This document shows, one piece after another, positions 11,605-23,951 of a DNA stretch of 39,668 nucleotides. The stretch spans positions 2,956,038 to 2,995,705 of the forward strand of contig NC_069007.1 in assembly GCF_001194135.2 (NCBI RefSeq), read 5' to 3'. Every line of letters starts with the position of its first letter. The stretch's first letter is position 1. The notes beneath the pieces are model-generated. The model was not told the DNA's origin and made no database searches. It was given only the letters and a program-made list of their open reading frames with translations. The DNA comes from Octopus bimaculoides. Lineage: Eukaryota. Made by a program: the position numbers and the translations under genes.

Positions 11605-12190
11605 TTTCACATTTTGGCACAAGGTCAGCAATTTTTGAGGTAGGAGTAATTCTGTTACATCGACCCAGTACTCAACTGGCTCTTATTCTATCGACCCCAA
11701 AAGGATGAAAGGCAAAGTCGACCTCGGCGGAATTTGAACTCAGAATGTTGTTGGCACTCCGTCGCTTACGACGTCGAGGGTTCCAGTTAATCCGATCAAC
11801 CAAACAGCCTGCTCGCGAAATTAACGTGCAAGTGGCTGAGCACTCCACAGACACGTGTACCCTTAACGTAGTTCTCGGGAATATTCAGCGTGACACAGAG
11901 TGTGACAAGGCTGACCCTTTGAATTAGAGGCACAACAGAAACAGGAAGTAAGAGTGAGAGAAAGTTGTGGTGAAAGAGTACAGCAGGGTTAGCCACCATC
12001 CCCTGCCGGAGCCTCGTGGGGCTTTAGGTGTTTTCGCTCAATAAACACTCACAACGCCCGGTCTGGGAATCGAAACCGCAATCCTATGACCGCGAGTCCG
12101 CTGCCCTAACCACTGGGCCATTGCGCCTCCACTCTCAGAATGTAAGGACGGACGAAATTCCGCTCAACATTTTGTCCGGGATGCCAACAG
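11605..12190 (-). mobile_element. SINE family A, split by a SINE B insertion
   Basis: Family A sequence at 11605-11748 resumes at 12134-12190. Confidence 0.9.
11749..12133 (-). mobile_element. Full-length tRNA-derived SINE family B with 10-bp TSD
   Basis: Minus-strand head GTGGAGGCGCAATGGCCCAGTGGTTAGGGCAGCGG..GGTTTCGATTCCC (box A and B), CAA-type tail, TSD CTCAGAATGT at 11739-11748 and 12134-12143. Confidence 0.92.
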
Positions 12191-12250
12191 TTGTTAACTG
12201 ATACGAAGGACTGGAGGCCGTCTTAATATTAGAAAATAGTTTCCTGTATC

Positions 12251-12465
12251 ATGGGGATTCGCTGTGAGTATCGAAATGCCGACATCACGGTTGTTGTTCA
12301 ACGCTCTGTGAACATTATAAAGGTTGTCAGACGTGACATGGACTTCATGAAAATCAAGTTAAGTTCTTCCAAACTGTGTTGGTATTCGGATGTATCCCCA
12401 GCGATGGCAACGTCATTGCGTCCCACATCTCAGACCAGGGTTTTAGGCTCAATGCAGACGACAAC
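12251..12465 (+). mobile_element. Old, internally deleted maT-like transposase fragment (third, more distant copy)
   Basis: RNADITVVVQRSVNIIKVVRRD (HTH-like) joined to VLVFGCIPSDGNVIASHISDQGFRLNAD, similar to IMVFGVITSDGDVMSPFIFPHGLRLNTE in copy 1. Confidence 0.6.
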
Positions 12466-12900
12466 TTGAAGAATGCATATGACAAAATTCCTACCACATT
12501 TAAATTATTAGACGAATTAAAATCTGCAGAAGAGATTTGTGGAACCAAACTGTTCAGGAGAGACATTCTTTAGGTTGCAATAGTAATGTTATTTGAACAT
12601 TATTAATTTGTAATGTAAACTATAAGTAGAAGATGGATTCAGTTAAAGAGAATTCCAAAGGAAAAAAATATATTATACACTAAAGAGGATATTCTGTTTT
12701 TTATAAAATTACTTTTTTAAAAGAGAAATTTTTTAGAATTTAAATAATTATAGTATGGTTAAGGTAAATTATGATAAACATAACGTTTTAAGATAAAATA
12801 TAAATTCAGAAATAAATTAAAATGTAAATAAAAAATAACTAAACGATCTAATTGCAGAGCTTAAAAATATATAACAATAATAACGACAACAACAATAATA

Positions 12901-13028
12901 ATTTCAAATTTTGGCACAAAGCCACCAAGTTTGGGGGAGGAGTAAGTCGTTTACATCAACACAGGTACTCAACTAGTTTTTATTTTATCGACCCCCGAAA
13001 GGATAAAAGACAAACTCACCTTGGCAAC
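12901..13028 (-). mobile_element. SINE family A, 3' part
   Basis: Homology to 6332-6541; (AAT/AAC)n run immediately to the left. Confidence 0.85.
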
Positions 13029-13374
13029 TTGCTTGAAAGAGCGTACAAATACAAAGCAAAAGCATAATAACCAAAGAAGTGTACAACGAAGATATATATA
13101 GCAGAATAAGAATCAGAAAAGAATCCAACATTTAGGGTGATACTCTTTATGAAAGAGAAGAAAAGAAATTTAAAGAGAAAGAGAAACAGCACAAATATAT
13201 GATACCGAATTTAAAACGTCTGTTTACATACATATCTATATGTATGTATGTACATGTGTGTAAGGGCGTGTTTATGTTTGTATCATACATGTACGCTGGC
13301 CTGAGCAACAGTACAACACCTCTTGGTGATGCAAAAGAGAAAATGGAACATTTATATGTCGTATGTTAGTTCTG

Positions 13375-13770
13375 TGTTGGCTGAGGGGCTAAGAAGCGCG
13401 TCTTGCACCCACAAGGTTTCGAGATCAGTCCCATTGCACGGCGCCTTGCGTAAGTACCTTCTATTATTTACTGGGTCGACTAATACCTCGTGCGTGAACT
13501 TAGTAGACGGAAACTGTGTAGAAGCCCGTGATAGATAAGTGTGGGTGTAAGTCTGTATTTGTGTTTGTTACTCCACCATCACCTGACAACAGAACTGGCC
13601 TGTTGACAACCCTGCAAGTTAGCGGTCCGGTAAAAGAGACCGATAGAATAGGTACCAGACTAGGAAACAGCTATTGCAGTCGATTTGTTCAACTGAAAAA
13701 CAAAAACCTTCAAAGCAGTACTACAGCATGGCTGCTGTCCAATGACTGACGAAAGTACAAGATGAAAAGT
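13375..13770 (+). mobile_element. SINE family C, near full length, diverged
   Basis: Head, GACGGAAACTG..GAAGCCCG, TTAGCGGT.CGG.AAAAGAGACCGATAGAATA and the CAGCATGGC...AATGACTG end motifs are all present. Confidence 0.8.
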
Positions 13771-14469
13771 ATAATAGCACACGCGATAGTTGAATAGCAG
13801 ATGAACAGTAGTATGTAAGTATGCTAGTATTTAAGAGACAAATACGCATTAATATGGTATACGATAAATGTGTTAATATTGATAAATACATATACATATT
13901 AATGTGTTAATATCACAGGGTGATGGCGGTGTGCAAGACAGGAAAATTAACATTTACGTATCAGTCTGTTAGCTTTCTTACCTACAAACACATTAAAATA
14001 AACAGCTAGAATACCATCACAGCTAATGTGATAGTATGGTGGTATTTAAATATCTAAAAAGAAATATTAATGTATGAAGAAGCAAAAAAAAAAAAGCCAG
14101 TATTAGTATTCATATATACAACATCACGTGAATGCCTTAATATGTAAAGTATGCTACTATGAAAATACACAAAGAAACTTGAATGCGTTAAAGGCTGCAA
14201 TATGGCGGTGTCATAGCTGGAAAGACATATAACTCATACCGGATGCCCAATAAATCATTTTAATTTTTGATAAAAATTTGATAAAGAATCTAATTGTGTG
14301 TGTGTGTGTGTGTGTTTGTTTGTTTTATGTCTTAGCTTTGTTTGTTTTGTCTGTCTGTATGTGTGTGTCTATGTAAGTGTGTGGGCGTATGTGTATACGC
14401 AAGTGTGTCGTCTGTATGTATGCATGTGTGTATGTGTGAGTGTGTGTGAGTGTGTGTGTATGTGTGTGT

Positions 14470-14508
<39 letters not shown>

Positions 14509-14564
14509 TTGTAGTTTCATATTTTATTTTCTATATTCTTTTTGTTGTGTGTGTGTATGTGTGT

Positions 14565-15077
14565 ATGTACGGTATGGGAGTGTGTGTGTATATGTGCGTG
14601 TTATGTGTGCTGCTTTGTTTCTGAGTGTGGAAACCTTTGATTTATATATACATGTGTGCGTGTCTGTGTGTATGTATACATATATACATACATATTCATT
14701 TAACAACAAATGATTTTATACGTGTGTGTATATATATATATATACATGTGTGTGTGTGTGTGTGTGTGTAAGTGTGTATATATGTATACACACACACATA
14801 TGGACATATACATATATGTGTGTATACATATATACATACATATACATTTAACAACAAATAATTTCATACGTATGTATATATATATATATANNNNNNNNNN
14901 ATGTACGGTATGGGAGTGTGTGTGTATATGTGCGTGTTATGTGTGCTGCTTTGTTTCTGAGTGTGGAAACCTTTGATTTATATATACATGTGTGCGTGTC
15001 TGTGTGTATGTATACATATATACATACATATTCATTTAACAACAAATGATTTTATACGTGTGTGTATATATATATAT
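14565..15077. other. Identical 177-bp duplication (14565-14741 = 14901-15077) across a 10-N gap; likely assembly overlap
   Basis: Exact match, and the second copy is bounded by gaps on both sides. Confidence 0.8.
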
Positions 15078-15920
15078 NNNNNNNNNNNNNNNNNNNNNNN
15101 NNNNNNNNNNNNNNNNNNNNNNNNNNNNNNNNNNNNNNNNNNNNNNNNNNNNNNNNNNNNNNNNNNNNNNNNNNNNNGTTTTTGTGTCTTTTTTTGAAAA
15201 TTAAATTAAATTTCTTCTTTTCCTTTCGTGCTTCGATATTACAAGTTTTGATAGTGTAGCTGTTGTTGATGTTGTTCTTGTTGTTTCGGTGTTGTTTTTC
15301 CTTGTTCTTTTTCTCTCTTCACCACCTTCTTCACCTTGATCGTCATCATCATCATCATCATCCACACCGCCATCATATCTTCTTCCATCATCCCTACCAC
15401 CACCACCACGACTACTACTACTTTTATTGCTCCTTTTCTCTACTTTCTCATTGCCACCACCACCACCACCATCTCCACCACCACCACCGCCGCCACCACC
15501 ACTAAAACCGTGACACCCTGCACCACCATCGTTGTCGTCATCATAACCTCCTCCTCTCCTACTCTTACTACTAAAACTACTACTACTACTAAAACTACTA
15601 CTACTACTACTGGTGGTGCAAAACGCGCTGAGGAACCTTATCTCTTTCCTCTAACTGTGTCAAACTATTCACCGACCGCCATATCAAAGACTATTTTCTC
15701 TGATGACGGCAAAACAGTGAAAAAAACAAAAAACAAAAACAGAAAAAAGGTTACAAATTCTCGAAAATAAAAACAAAACACCAACAACAACAACAAAAGC
15801 TAAAAATGTGATGTTATTGGTGAAACTTAACATCATACAAATTGTGGTTGGTTGCAAAGCTATGAAGTATGGTTGAACGCCATCCGTTTGAGACGAGGAA
15901 ATAAATAATTTATTATATAT

Positions 15921-16140
15921 TCTTTTTCTATTCTAGGCACAAGGCCTGAAATTTTGGGGCGAGGAGCCCAGTCGATTAGATCGACCTCAGTACGCAACTG
16001 GTATTTAATTTATCGATCCGGAAAGGATGAAGAGGCAAAGTCGACCACGGCGGAATTTGAACTCAGAACGTAAAGACAGACGAAGTACCGCTAAGCGTTT
16101 CGCCCGGCGTGCTAACGTTTCGACCAGCTCCTCGCCGCCT
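15921..16140 (-). mobile_element. SINE family A, full length (second subfamily tail)
   Basis: Minus-strand head AGGCGGCGAGGAGCTGG.., box B GAGTTCAAATTCC. Confidence 0.9.
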
Positions 16141-16160
16141 TTAACTTATTATATGTTGAG

Positions 16161-16198
16161 GCACAGACGTGGTTGTGTGGCAAGAAGCTTGATTCCCA
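16161..16198 (+). mobile_element. SINE family C head fragment
   Basis: GTGGTTGTGTGGCAAGAAGCTTGATTCCCA. Confidence 0.6.
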
Positions 16199-16229
16199 GA
16201 AAGATAGATAGAGAGACAGAGAGAGAGAA

Positions 16230-16262
<33 letters not shown>

Positions 16263-17056
16263 GAAAGAGAGAAACAGCGAGAAAGGAAACAAGAGAATGA
16301 GAGAATTATGGATGGAGAACTATAGATGTTGAGCCAGATGGAGATTTAGAGAGAAAAAAATCTATTTAGGAGTTGGAGAGAAGGAGAGAGAAATAAATAA
16401 ATAAAAGTAGGTAGAAAGATAGATATATAGGTAGATAGATACAAGGAGGGAGTGAGAGAGAGAAGGGAAAGGCGGAGGAAGATGAAAGATNNNNNNNNNN
16501 NNNNNNNNNNNNNNNNNNNNNNNNNNNNNNNNNNNNNNNNNNNNNNNNNNNNNNNNNNNNNNNNNNNNNNNNNNNNNNNNNNNNNNNNNNNNNNNNNNNN
16601 NNNNNNNNNNNNNNNNNNNNNNNNNNNNNNNNNNNNNNNNNNNNNNNNNNNNNNNNNNNNNNNNNNNNNNNNNNNNNNNNNNNNNNNNNNNNNNNNNNNN
16701 NNNNNNNNNNNNNNNNNNNNNNNNNNNNNNNNNNNNNNNNNNNNNNNNNNNNNNNNNNNNNNNNNNNNNNNNNNNNNNNNNNNNNNNNNNNNNNNNNNNN
16801 NNNNNNNNNNNNNNNNNNNNNNNNNNNNNNNNNNNNNNNNNNNNNNNNNNNNNNNNNNNNNNNNNNNNNNNNNNNNNNNNNNNNNNNNNNNNNNNNNNNN
16901 NNNNNNNNNNNNNNNNNNNNNNNNNNNNNNNNNNNNNNNNNNNNNNNNNNNNNNNNNNNNNNNNNNNNNNNNNNNNNNNNNNNNNNNNNNNNNNNNNNNN
17001 NNNNNNNNNNNNNNNNNNNNNNNNNNNNNNNNNNNNNNNNNNNNNNNNNNNNNNAG

Positions 17057-17093
<37 letters not shown>

Positions 17094-17154
17094 CATATAT
17101 GAATGTTTATAGCTGTACGTACACACACATATGTACATATATACATGCATCAAC

Positions 17155-17227
<73 letters not shown>

Positions 17228-17548
17228 CATTTATGTTTGTTACGCTTGTGTGTGTATGTATATATGTATTTATATATCCGTATAAAGAGGTACGCAGCAC
17301 ATTTTATTGAAATCGTTAATGTTCTTGTTGGATGGGTGTTACCAGGTGCACATTCTTTCATGTGTATATACACGCTTATACATACACGCTTATACACAAT
17401 ATACAGAAACACATATGCGAAAACACACGCACACATATACACGCACGTATACATCCGCACATATACACACATGCACACATATACACGCGAATATACATAC
17501 GTGTGTGTAAGCGAACCTATGTATTCTATATTCGTGCGTGTGTATGTC

Positions 17549-17720
17549 GTGGCACTCCGTTGGTGACGAGGATTTGGCCCGATCAACGAAACAGCTTGCT
17601 TGTGTAATTCACGTGCAAGTGGCTGAGCACTCCACAGATACGTGTACCCTTAACGTGGTTCTCGGGGATGTTCAGCGTGACAGAGAGTGTGACAAGGCTG
17701 GCTCTTCGAAATGAAAGAAC
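17549..17720 (-). mobile_element. SINE family B, 3' fragment
   Basis: ACGTGCAAGTGGCTGAGCACTCCACAGA..CCCTTAACGT..GTGTGACAAGGCTG shared with 11749-12133. Confidence 0.9.
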
Positions 17721-17721
17721 A

Positions 17722-18110
17722 TCAGCAACCAACAAACCAGCCCAACCAAAGGACACCACCGTCAGCGCCACCAAGAACAGAAACACCACCACCGTTACCT
17801 CCCCCCAACAACAGCAACAACAACAACTCCAAAGGAAGAAGAGAAAAACAAAAGGACTCATACCCCACCCCCCAAAACCCATATACCACATCCCAATTGT
17901 CACCAACCAGCACCAACAACAACATCAACATTAACACACTCAGAAATAGACCCCAATACCCTCCCCTCCCACTTTCTGATTCTTCTGACATGTCGTCAGA
18001 TGAAGACGACACACAGGATTGGCAAGTGGCCACAAGGGGAAGGAGAAAAAGGGTGGGGAAAAAAAGAATAAAGAAGCAAACAAACAAAGTAGGGAGGTTT
18101 ACCACTCTGT
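17722..18110 (+). mobile_element. Possible LINE ORF1 N-terminal fragment (Pro/Gln-rich, acidic then basic)
   Basis: ..PQYPPLPLSDSSDMSSDEDDTQDWQVATRGRRKR resembles the WQ.V..RRK motif of LINE ORF1 N-termini. Weak, compositional evidence. Confidence 0.35.
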
Positions 18111-18116
18111 GATACT

Positions 18117-18285
18117 CGATCCCTTTTGATCGTTTTATTATTTTTTTTTTTTACACGATCCCTTTTGATCGGAATTTTTTCTTCCTTTTTTTCTATTTTC
18201 CTCTTTTTTCTTTCGAAAAGAAAAACTATATTGTATTTGTCCTCTCTATGTGGCTAATAAAGATATCTATCTATCTATCAACATT
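18117..18285 (+). mobile_element. LINE-like 3' end with CGATCCCTTTTGATCG stem-loop x2, AATAAA and (ATCT)n tail
   Basis: Homologous to 18800-18960. Confidence 0.6.
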
Positions 18286-18336
18286 TATAACTTATTAAAT
18301 CGTTCGGGTTTGAACGAAACCTTAAGCCTTGTTTAG

Positions 18337-18421
18337 AACAAAATCGTTGCAAGAAACTATTAAAGACTTGAATGTTGCTCATGAGAAAACGTGGAAATTT
18401 TTGGATTATAATTTTCCTACT
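18337..18421 (+). CDS. Candidate internal exon (TKSLQETIKDLNVAHEKTWKFLDYNFPT)
   Basis: Acceptor gccttgtttag|, 28 open codons, consensus donor ACT|gtgagt. Phase 2->0. Confidence 0.5.
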
Positions 18422-18799
18422 GTGAGTAATATAAGGTAATTTGGCATGCATGCAATAATTATAATCGAACATTCATCAAATTTCTTGGTGCTTATACAAA
18501 ATGGTGAGATGAATATTAATTTTCAAATATTTATTACCTTAGAATAAATTTAATTGAAACAAATTTCTCGTTTGCATATTTACCTGCCTGCCAGCCTGTC
18601 TGTCTGTCTAACTATTTGTCTGATTGTCTGTGTGTCTGTCTGACTATCTTTTTACTGTTTGTCTTTTTGTCTGCCTGCCTGTCAGCCTGTCTATCTGTGT
18701 CTGCCTGCCTACCTGTCTGTCTCTCTCCTCCATCTCTGTCTGACTGTTTATCTATCTTTTTAGCTGTCTTTGTGTTTGGCTATCTTTCTGTGTGCCTTC

Positions 18800-18960
18800 C
18801 CTTTCGATCGGCCTTTTTCTTTTCTTTTTCATGATCCCTTTTGATCGTAATTTTATTTTTCTCCTTTTTCTTTCTTCAAAAGAAAAGCTCTACATTGTAT
18901 TTTGTCCCCTCTGTGTTCAGCCCTGTGTGGCTAATAAAGGAACATATCTTTCTGTGTGTC
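18800..18960 (+). mobile_element. Second copy of the LINE-like 3' end
   Basis: GATCCCTTTTGATCG..AAAAGAAAA..ATTGTATT.TGTCC..TGTGGCTAATAAAG. Confidence 0.6.
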
Positions 18961-19020
18961 TGCCATTCTGCCCATCTGTCTATTTCTTCCTATGTGACAG
19001 TCAGTCTGTCTGCCTGCCTG

Positions 19021-19058
<38 letters not shown>

Positions 19059-19558
19059 CCCGTCTATCCATCCGCCTGTCTATTTGTCTATCTGTCTGTC
19101 TGTCTGTCCGTCTCTTTCTCTCTCTCAGTACACACACGCGCGCGCGTCTCTTTGTCTCTCCCGCCCCCTCTATCTCCCTCTCTTCCTCTCACTGTCTACC
19201 CATCTATTTGTCAACCGAAGCACCCGTCCCCATATACCACAGTGTCCCCTACCCATCAGTGTCCCTACCTCTCTCTGCCTACCCTTTTTGCCCGCCTTCT
19301 TATCCATCTCCTATCCATTAGTCAGGATTCCACTGATGATATGTTGTACGCAAATGCTTCTTAATGGCCGTTGTTCACACACAGCCAGCCGAAACGAAAT
19401 CTTATTTACTCCATTAATTAGATACAACGTTAATTAAAATCAGTTTTCAATGCTAATGGCGTCTCTAATTATTACATTCGCTATAACAATTCAGATGCGT
19501 TCATTCCCATGTATATACATGTATGTTTATATACATATATATACACATACGCATATAT

Positions 19559-19608
<50 letters not shown>

Positions 19609-20012
19609 TAAACACATGTATATATACACATACACACACTCATATATATATATATACATATCTATCTACCTGTCTGTCTATCTATCTTTCTATTTACCTG
19701 TCGGCCTGTCTGCTTGTCTCTGACTATTCACCTGTCTGCCTGCCTGCCTGCCATGCCTATCTATCTATCTATCTGCCTGTCTGTCTATCTATATTGGTGT
19801 TATATCTACTTAACTGGATACAGCTACATTATTAAAGCGAACATTATAATTTGTGGAGGAATAAATCTTCGTACTAATACAGCTACACCTTCTGAAAATC
19901 AGGTACACACATACACATATTCCTACACATGCACACATACACACACATATACAAACACGCATATTTGACAGATGCGCAAGAACGTGGGTAGCAGAATTTT
20001 AGTTTACTTTAG

Positions 20013-20111
20013 GTCTTATTAAAGGGCATAGAGTCCTCAACAAGTCAGCAGATGGTCGGTGCTATGACCTATGTCTTTGTGAATTGAACAAACGGGAAGA
20101 ATGGAGCTCAA
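20013..20111 (+). CDS. Candidate exon; frame and 3' boundary ambiguous
   Basis: Strong acceptor ttttagtttactttag|G. Phase-1 frame LIKGHRVLNKSADGRCYDLCLCELNKREEWSS is open to CAA|gtatgc. Phase-0 frame VLLKGIESSTSQQMVGAMTYVF would need an earlier donor. Confidence 0.35.
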
Positions 20112-20294
20112 GTATGCCAGATAGAAAAAAAAAGGAACATTTACCACCTGTTATGTTGTAGGACATTTATGTGTCTCGGTAGTTGTTCACTTTGTTAGCC
20201 GCTGTTGAACTAAAGAGGTTGTTTGTTTGGCCACAACATATATGACTCAGTAATATGTATATACATAAGTATGTGTATGTAGGTATGTGGATAT

Positions 20295-20586
20295 GGAATG
20301 GTCACAGATGGATTGTCTTTGATGAAAGGTCTACCGGAACTGGGCTGGCCTGGGGTTAAGCAACAAGAATGAGTGGACGAAAGAAATAAACTTTGGATAA
20401 TATGTATCTAAATTAACGACAGGATAGCCTCATCTGGAACACCTTTGATCATCGGTCTGCTGGATCAGGGTTGGCCTGTGGTCAAACAACAACAATGCAT
20501 AACAACAAAAGGAAGAAGGAAAGAGATATTGGATAACGCGTTCCTAAATTAGAGGCAGGATGGTCATAGTTGGATGGTCCTTGAAT
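20295..20586 (+). repeat. Three diverged copies of a ~75-bp interspersed repeat, the first two ending in (AAC)n
   Basis: GATGGTCA..GG..CTTTGAT..GGTCT..GG..GG.TGGCCTG.GG..AA.CAACAA at about 20295, 20420 and 20556 (third truncated). Confidence 0.55.
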
Positions 20587-20850
20587 GAGTTCCGTTGTCA
20601 CTGTCGTAAGGGAGTCCATCGTAAATATGTAATTAATAACACTACAGTTGTTTGTTAACATGCAAAATGAAGTTAATTAGTTAATTAATTAATTAATTAA
20701 ATTAACTTTGAATATCGAATTAAACCCCGTGGTAAGATACAGGAACTCTTTAGCACTTGGAGTACCGATCGAACCACAGCAATCGCAGCAGCAACAAAGA
20801 AAAAGAACACGCAACAAGGTAAAAATAAAAACAAATAATAAGGATAATAA

Positions 20851-21071
20851 TCGTTTCTATTAAAGGCGCAAGGCCTGAAATTATGGAGGGAGGGGGGGAC
20901 AAGTCAGTCATGTCGACCCCAGTGTTTCACTGGTACTTATTTTATCGAACCCGAAACGATGAAAGAATGAAAGGCAAAGTCGACCTCGGCAGAATTTGAA
21001 CTCAGAACGTGACGACAGACGAAATACCGCTGAGCATTTTGCCCGGCGTGCTGACGATTCTGCCAGCTTGC
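20851..21071 (-). mobile_element. SINE family A, near full length
   Basis: Box A TGGCAGAATCG and box B GAGTTCAAATTC on the minus strand. Confidence 0.9.
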
Positions 21072-21184
21072 AGTAATAATAATAATAATAATAATAATAA
21101 TGATAATAATGATGATGATGATGATGATGATGATGATAAGCAACAACAATAACATGAACAACAACAACCATCATCATCATCGTC

Positions 21185-21290
21185 CTTTCTACTAAAGGCA
21201 CAAGGACTGAAATTTTGGGGAAGGGGCCAGTCGATTAGATTGACCCCAGTACGCAACTGGTACTTAATTTATTGACCCTGAAAGGATGAA
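21185..21290 (-). mobile_element. SINE family A, 3' fragment
   Basis: Homology to 15921-16030. Confidence 0.85.
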
Positions 21291-22922
21291 TTAAGTATCT
21301 GTATAGCACTGGGGCTGATATAATCTGGTTTCATGAAGAAAAAGATGAAGAGGAGGAGGAGGAGGAGAGCAATAATAACAAACAACTGCAATAAGAGAAG
21401 GAAAAAGAGGAGGAGGATGAGGAAGAGGAGAAGGACGAAGGGGAAGGAGGGATAGAAGAAAGAAGAGAGGAAGAAAAAGAATAATAAGATGAATAATAAC
21501 AACAACAACAAGGACAGGTAAGTCGAAGTTAATGAGGAGAAACGTAGAGAGGGTCAGTCGGTGGAGAGGAGAACAGACAGAGAAGGCCATTCTGTGAGAG
21601 ATTCTTATCTTAGAGCTAAAACAGGAAGGACATAGGAACGGTGTGTGTGTGTGTGTGTGTGAACATATCTGCATGCGTGTGTAAATGTATGTGTATGTGA
21701 ATGTATGAGATGAGTGTGTGTGTGTATTTATGTGTGAAAGTGGATGTGGATATGTTTGTGAATGCGTATGTGTGTGTGTGTCAATGTATGAGATGCTCGT
21801 GTTGTGTTACTGAGTTTATCTCCTTCTCTGATGTGTATGTGTGTGTGTGTGTACGTGTGTGAATGTGTGTGTGTGTGTGAATGTGTGTGTGTGTGTGTGT
21901 GTGTGTGTGAGCGATTATTTATATGTAACTGTATGCTTCTGAATGAGAATTTTTGTGAATTTCTCTCTTTTTGTGTGTATGAGAGAGTATGTGTAGGATT
22001 GTGTGTGAGTGTGTGTGATTGTGTGTGAGTGTGTGTGATTATGTGAGTGTGTGAGCGTGTGTTCTTGTGTGTGTGTGTGTGTGTGTGCGTGATTGTATGT
22101 GTGAGTGTGTGTGTGTAAGTATGTGTGATTGTGTCTAAGCGCGTGTAATTGTGTGTATGTGTGTGTGAGTGTGAATGAATATTTCCAATGCATCGATGTA
22201 TATTTCCGCGTATGTGTGATATGTGGATGTGTGTGTGTATGTGAATATGTGTGTGTAAAAGTGTATATAAAACTGTGTATACATATATACATAGATACAT
22301 ATATGTATGCATGTATGTATGTATGTATATATGTATGTATAAGTGTGAGCGTTTATAAATGTGTATGCATATATATATCCAGTATGTGTATGCATATATA
22401 TATATCCAGTATGTGTGTGCGCGCGTTTGTGTGTGTGTGTATGTATGTATAGTTGTGTATGAGAGAGACTTTACGCAATGCTAATATAACAAGCTTTAAT
22501 GAACCAATTAAAAGAGACATGATGATATATTAATTAATATTATAATGAAACTCTTATCGGACGTCTTTGGTCAATTGGATCTTTCTCGAACTGTCGCCCG
22601 AACTGCACTAATTACCAATGTCAGCTTTGAGCTGGGAATCCAACAGCTGGAAACGCATAGTGATTGCTTTCCTGGAGTGCTCCACTCATTACTGGCGCAG
22701 TTTATACTTGAAGTACGCGACGACACAATGTACTTCAGTGTACTCTGTCGATCGATGTTCTGTTCGTGAGAATACAAGGCGAAGGAATTGTCTCCGCATG
22801 ATAATTCAAAGTCTTCTGACGATGAATGGCGTGTTGTTAGGATGGCTTTACAATATGGCGACCTGCCTGGTTCGCGACCCAGTTTCAGTGCGAGTTTACT
22901 GGTTGGGACCAGTGGTGTAGAT

Positions 22923-23883
22923 AGATCCAATACTAACATTTCAGAGCGTTTGGGTGTCAATCTGAGGACAGTGCAGAGGATTCGGAAAGAGTTGGTTGAG
23001 TCTAATGGGGATTACGAAGGTACGGCAGCTCGGAAAACTCACTCTGATCGATCTGATAGGAAAAGAACTGAATTTGTTGATGAGATCCAAGCCATGATTT
23101 ATAACGATCCCTCCGAGTCAATCAGGTCCATCGCCAGGGAGACGGGCGTGGCTGAGTTTCTTATCAGGCAGGTAGGGCATGAAGACATTCGCTATTCCTC
23201 ATACAAGATGAGAAAGGAGCAATTTTTATCCCAAGCCATCAAGGACAAAAGAGAGTCCGTGCAACGACGCTTTTGAACAAACTCGAGCCTCCTCCCCTCC
23301 AACTGAACATGCTTTGGTTTTTCTCAGACGAAAACAGTTTCAGCCAGGATCAGATGGTAAACACACAGAACAACCGTTGGCTTGCCGTGTCCCCAAAACA
23401 TGTACCGAGAGTGGTAAAAATCAAACATCCAGTCAACATCATGGTATCTGGAGTGATCACTAGTGATGGCGATGTTATGTCGCCATTCATCTTCCCACAC
23501 AGCCTCACACTCAACACGGAGGCCTACATCAAGTGCCTGGAGGAGGTAGGGCTGCTCTGGGTCAAGAGGGTGGCTGCTGGAAGACCCTATGCTTGGCAAC
23601 AGGACTCTGCACCATGTCACACAGGCAGGGGAACCCAGTCGTGGCTATCAGACAATTTCTGCGACCACATCACCCCTAACATCTGGGAACCTAACTCCCC
23701 AAACTGCAACCCCCTTGATTGTTATGTGTGGGGTGCAGTTGAGAGGAAACCAACAAACTCCTTGTTACACCAAAGATGAACTGAAGGCAAGGATTATGGC
23801 AGCATTCACCAACTTAAACAAGGAGAGGTGTCAATGTTATTTTCATCTTTGCGTAATTTAGACGACAATTTATTCACCGCACC
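22923..23883 (+). pseudogene. DD37D (maT) transposase pseudogene, copy 2; 5' end missing, frameshifted, right TIR truncated
   Basis: HTH NISERLGVNLRTVQRIRKEL; catalytic FSDE / QQDSAPCH / NPLD with 37 residues between the 2nd and 3rd D. TIR remnant CGACAATTTATTCACCGCACC resembles the reverse complement of the copy-1 left TIR. Confidence 0.92.
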
Positions 23884-23896
23884 AACAGCACTTATA

Positions 23897-23951
<55 letters not shown>

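Noticed and set aside
14565-15077. 177-bp direct repeat as a biological duplication
   Set aside because: 100% identity across a placeholder 10-N gap is typical of unmerged contig overlap.
20671-20706. (TTAA)n self-complementary run, suggesting cruciform DNA or piggyBac sites
   Set aside because: Ordinary tetranucleotide microsatellite; no piggyBac termini nearby.
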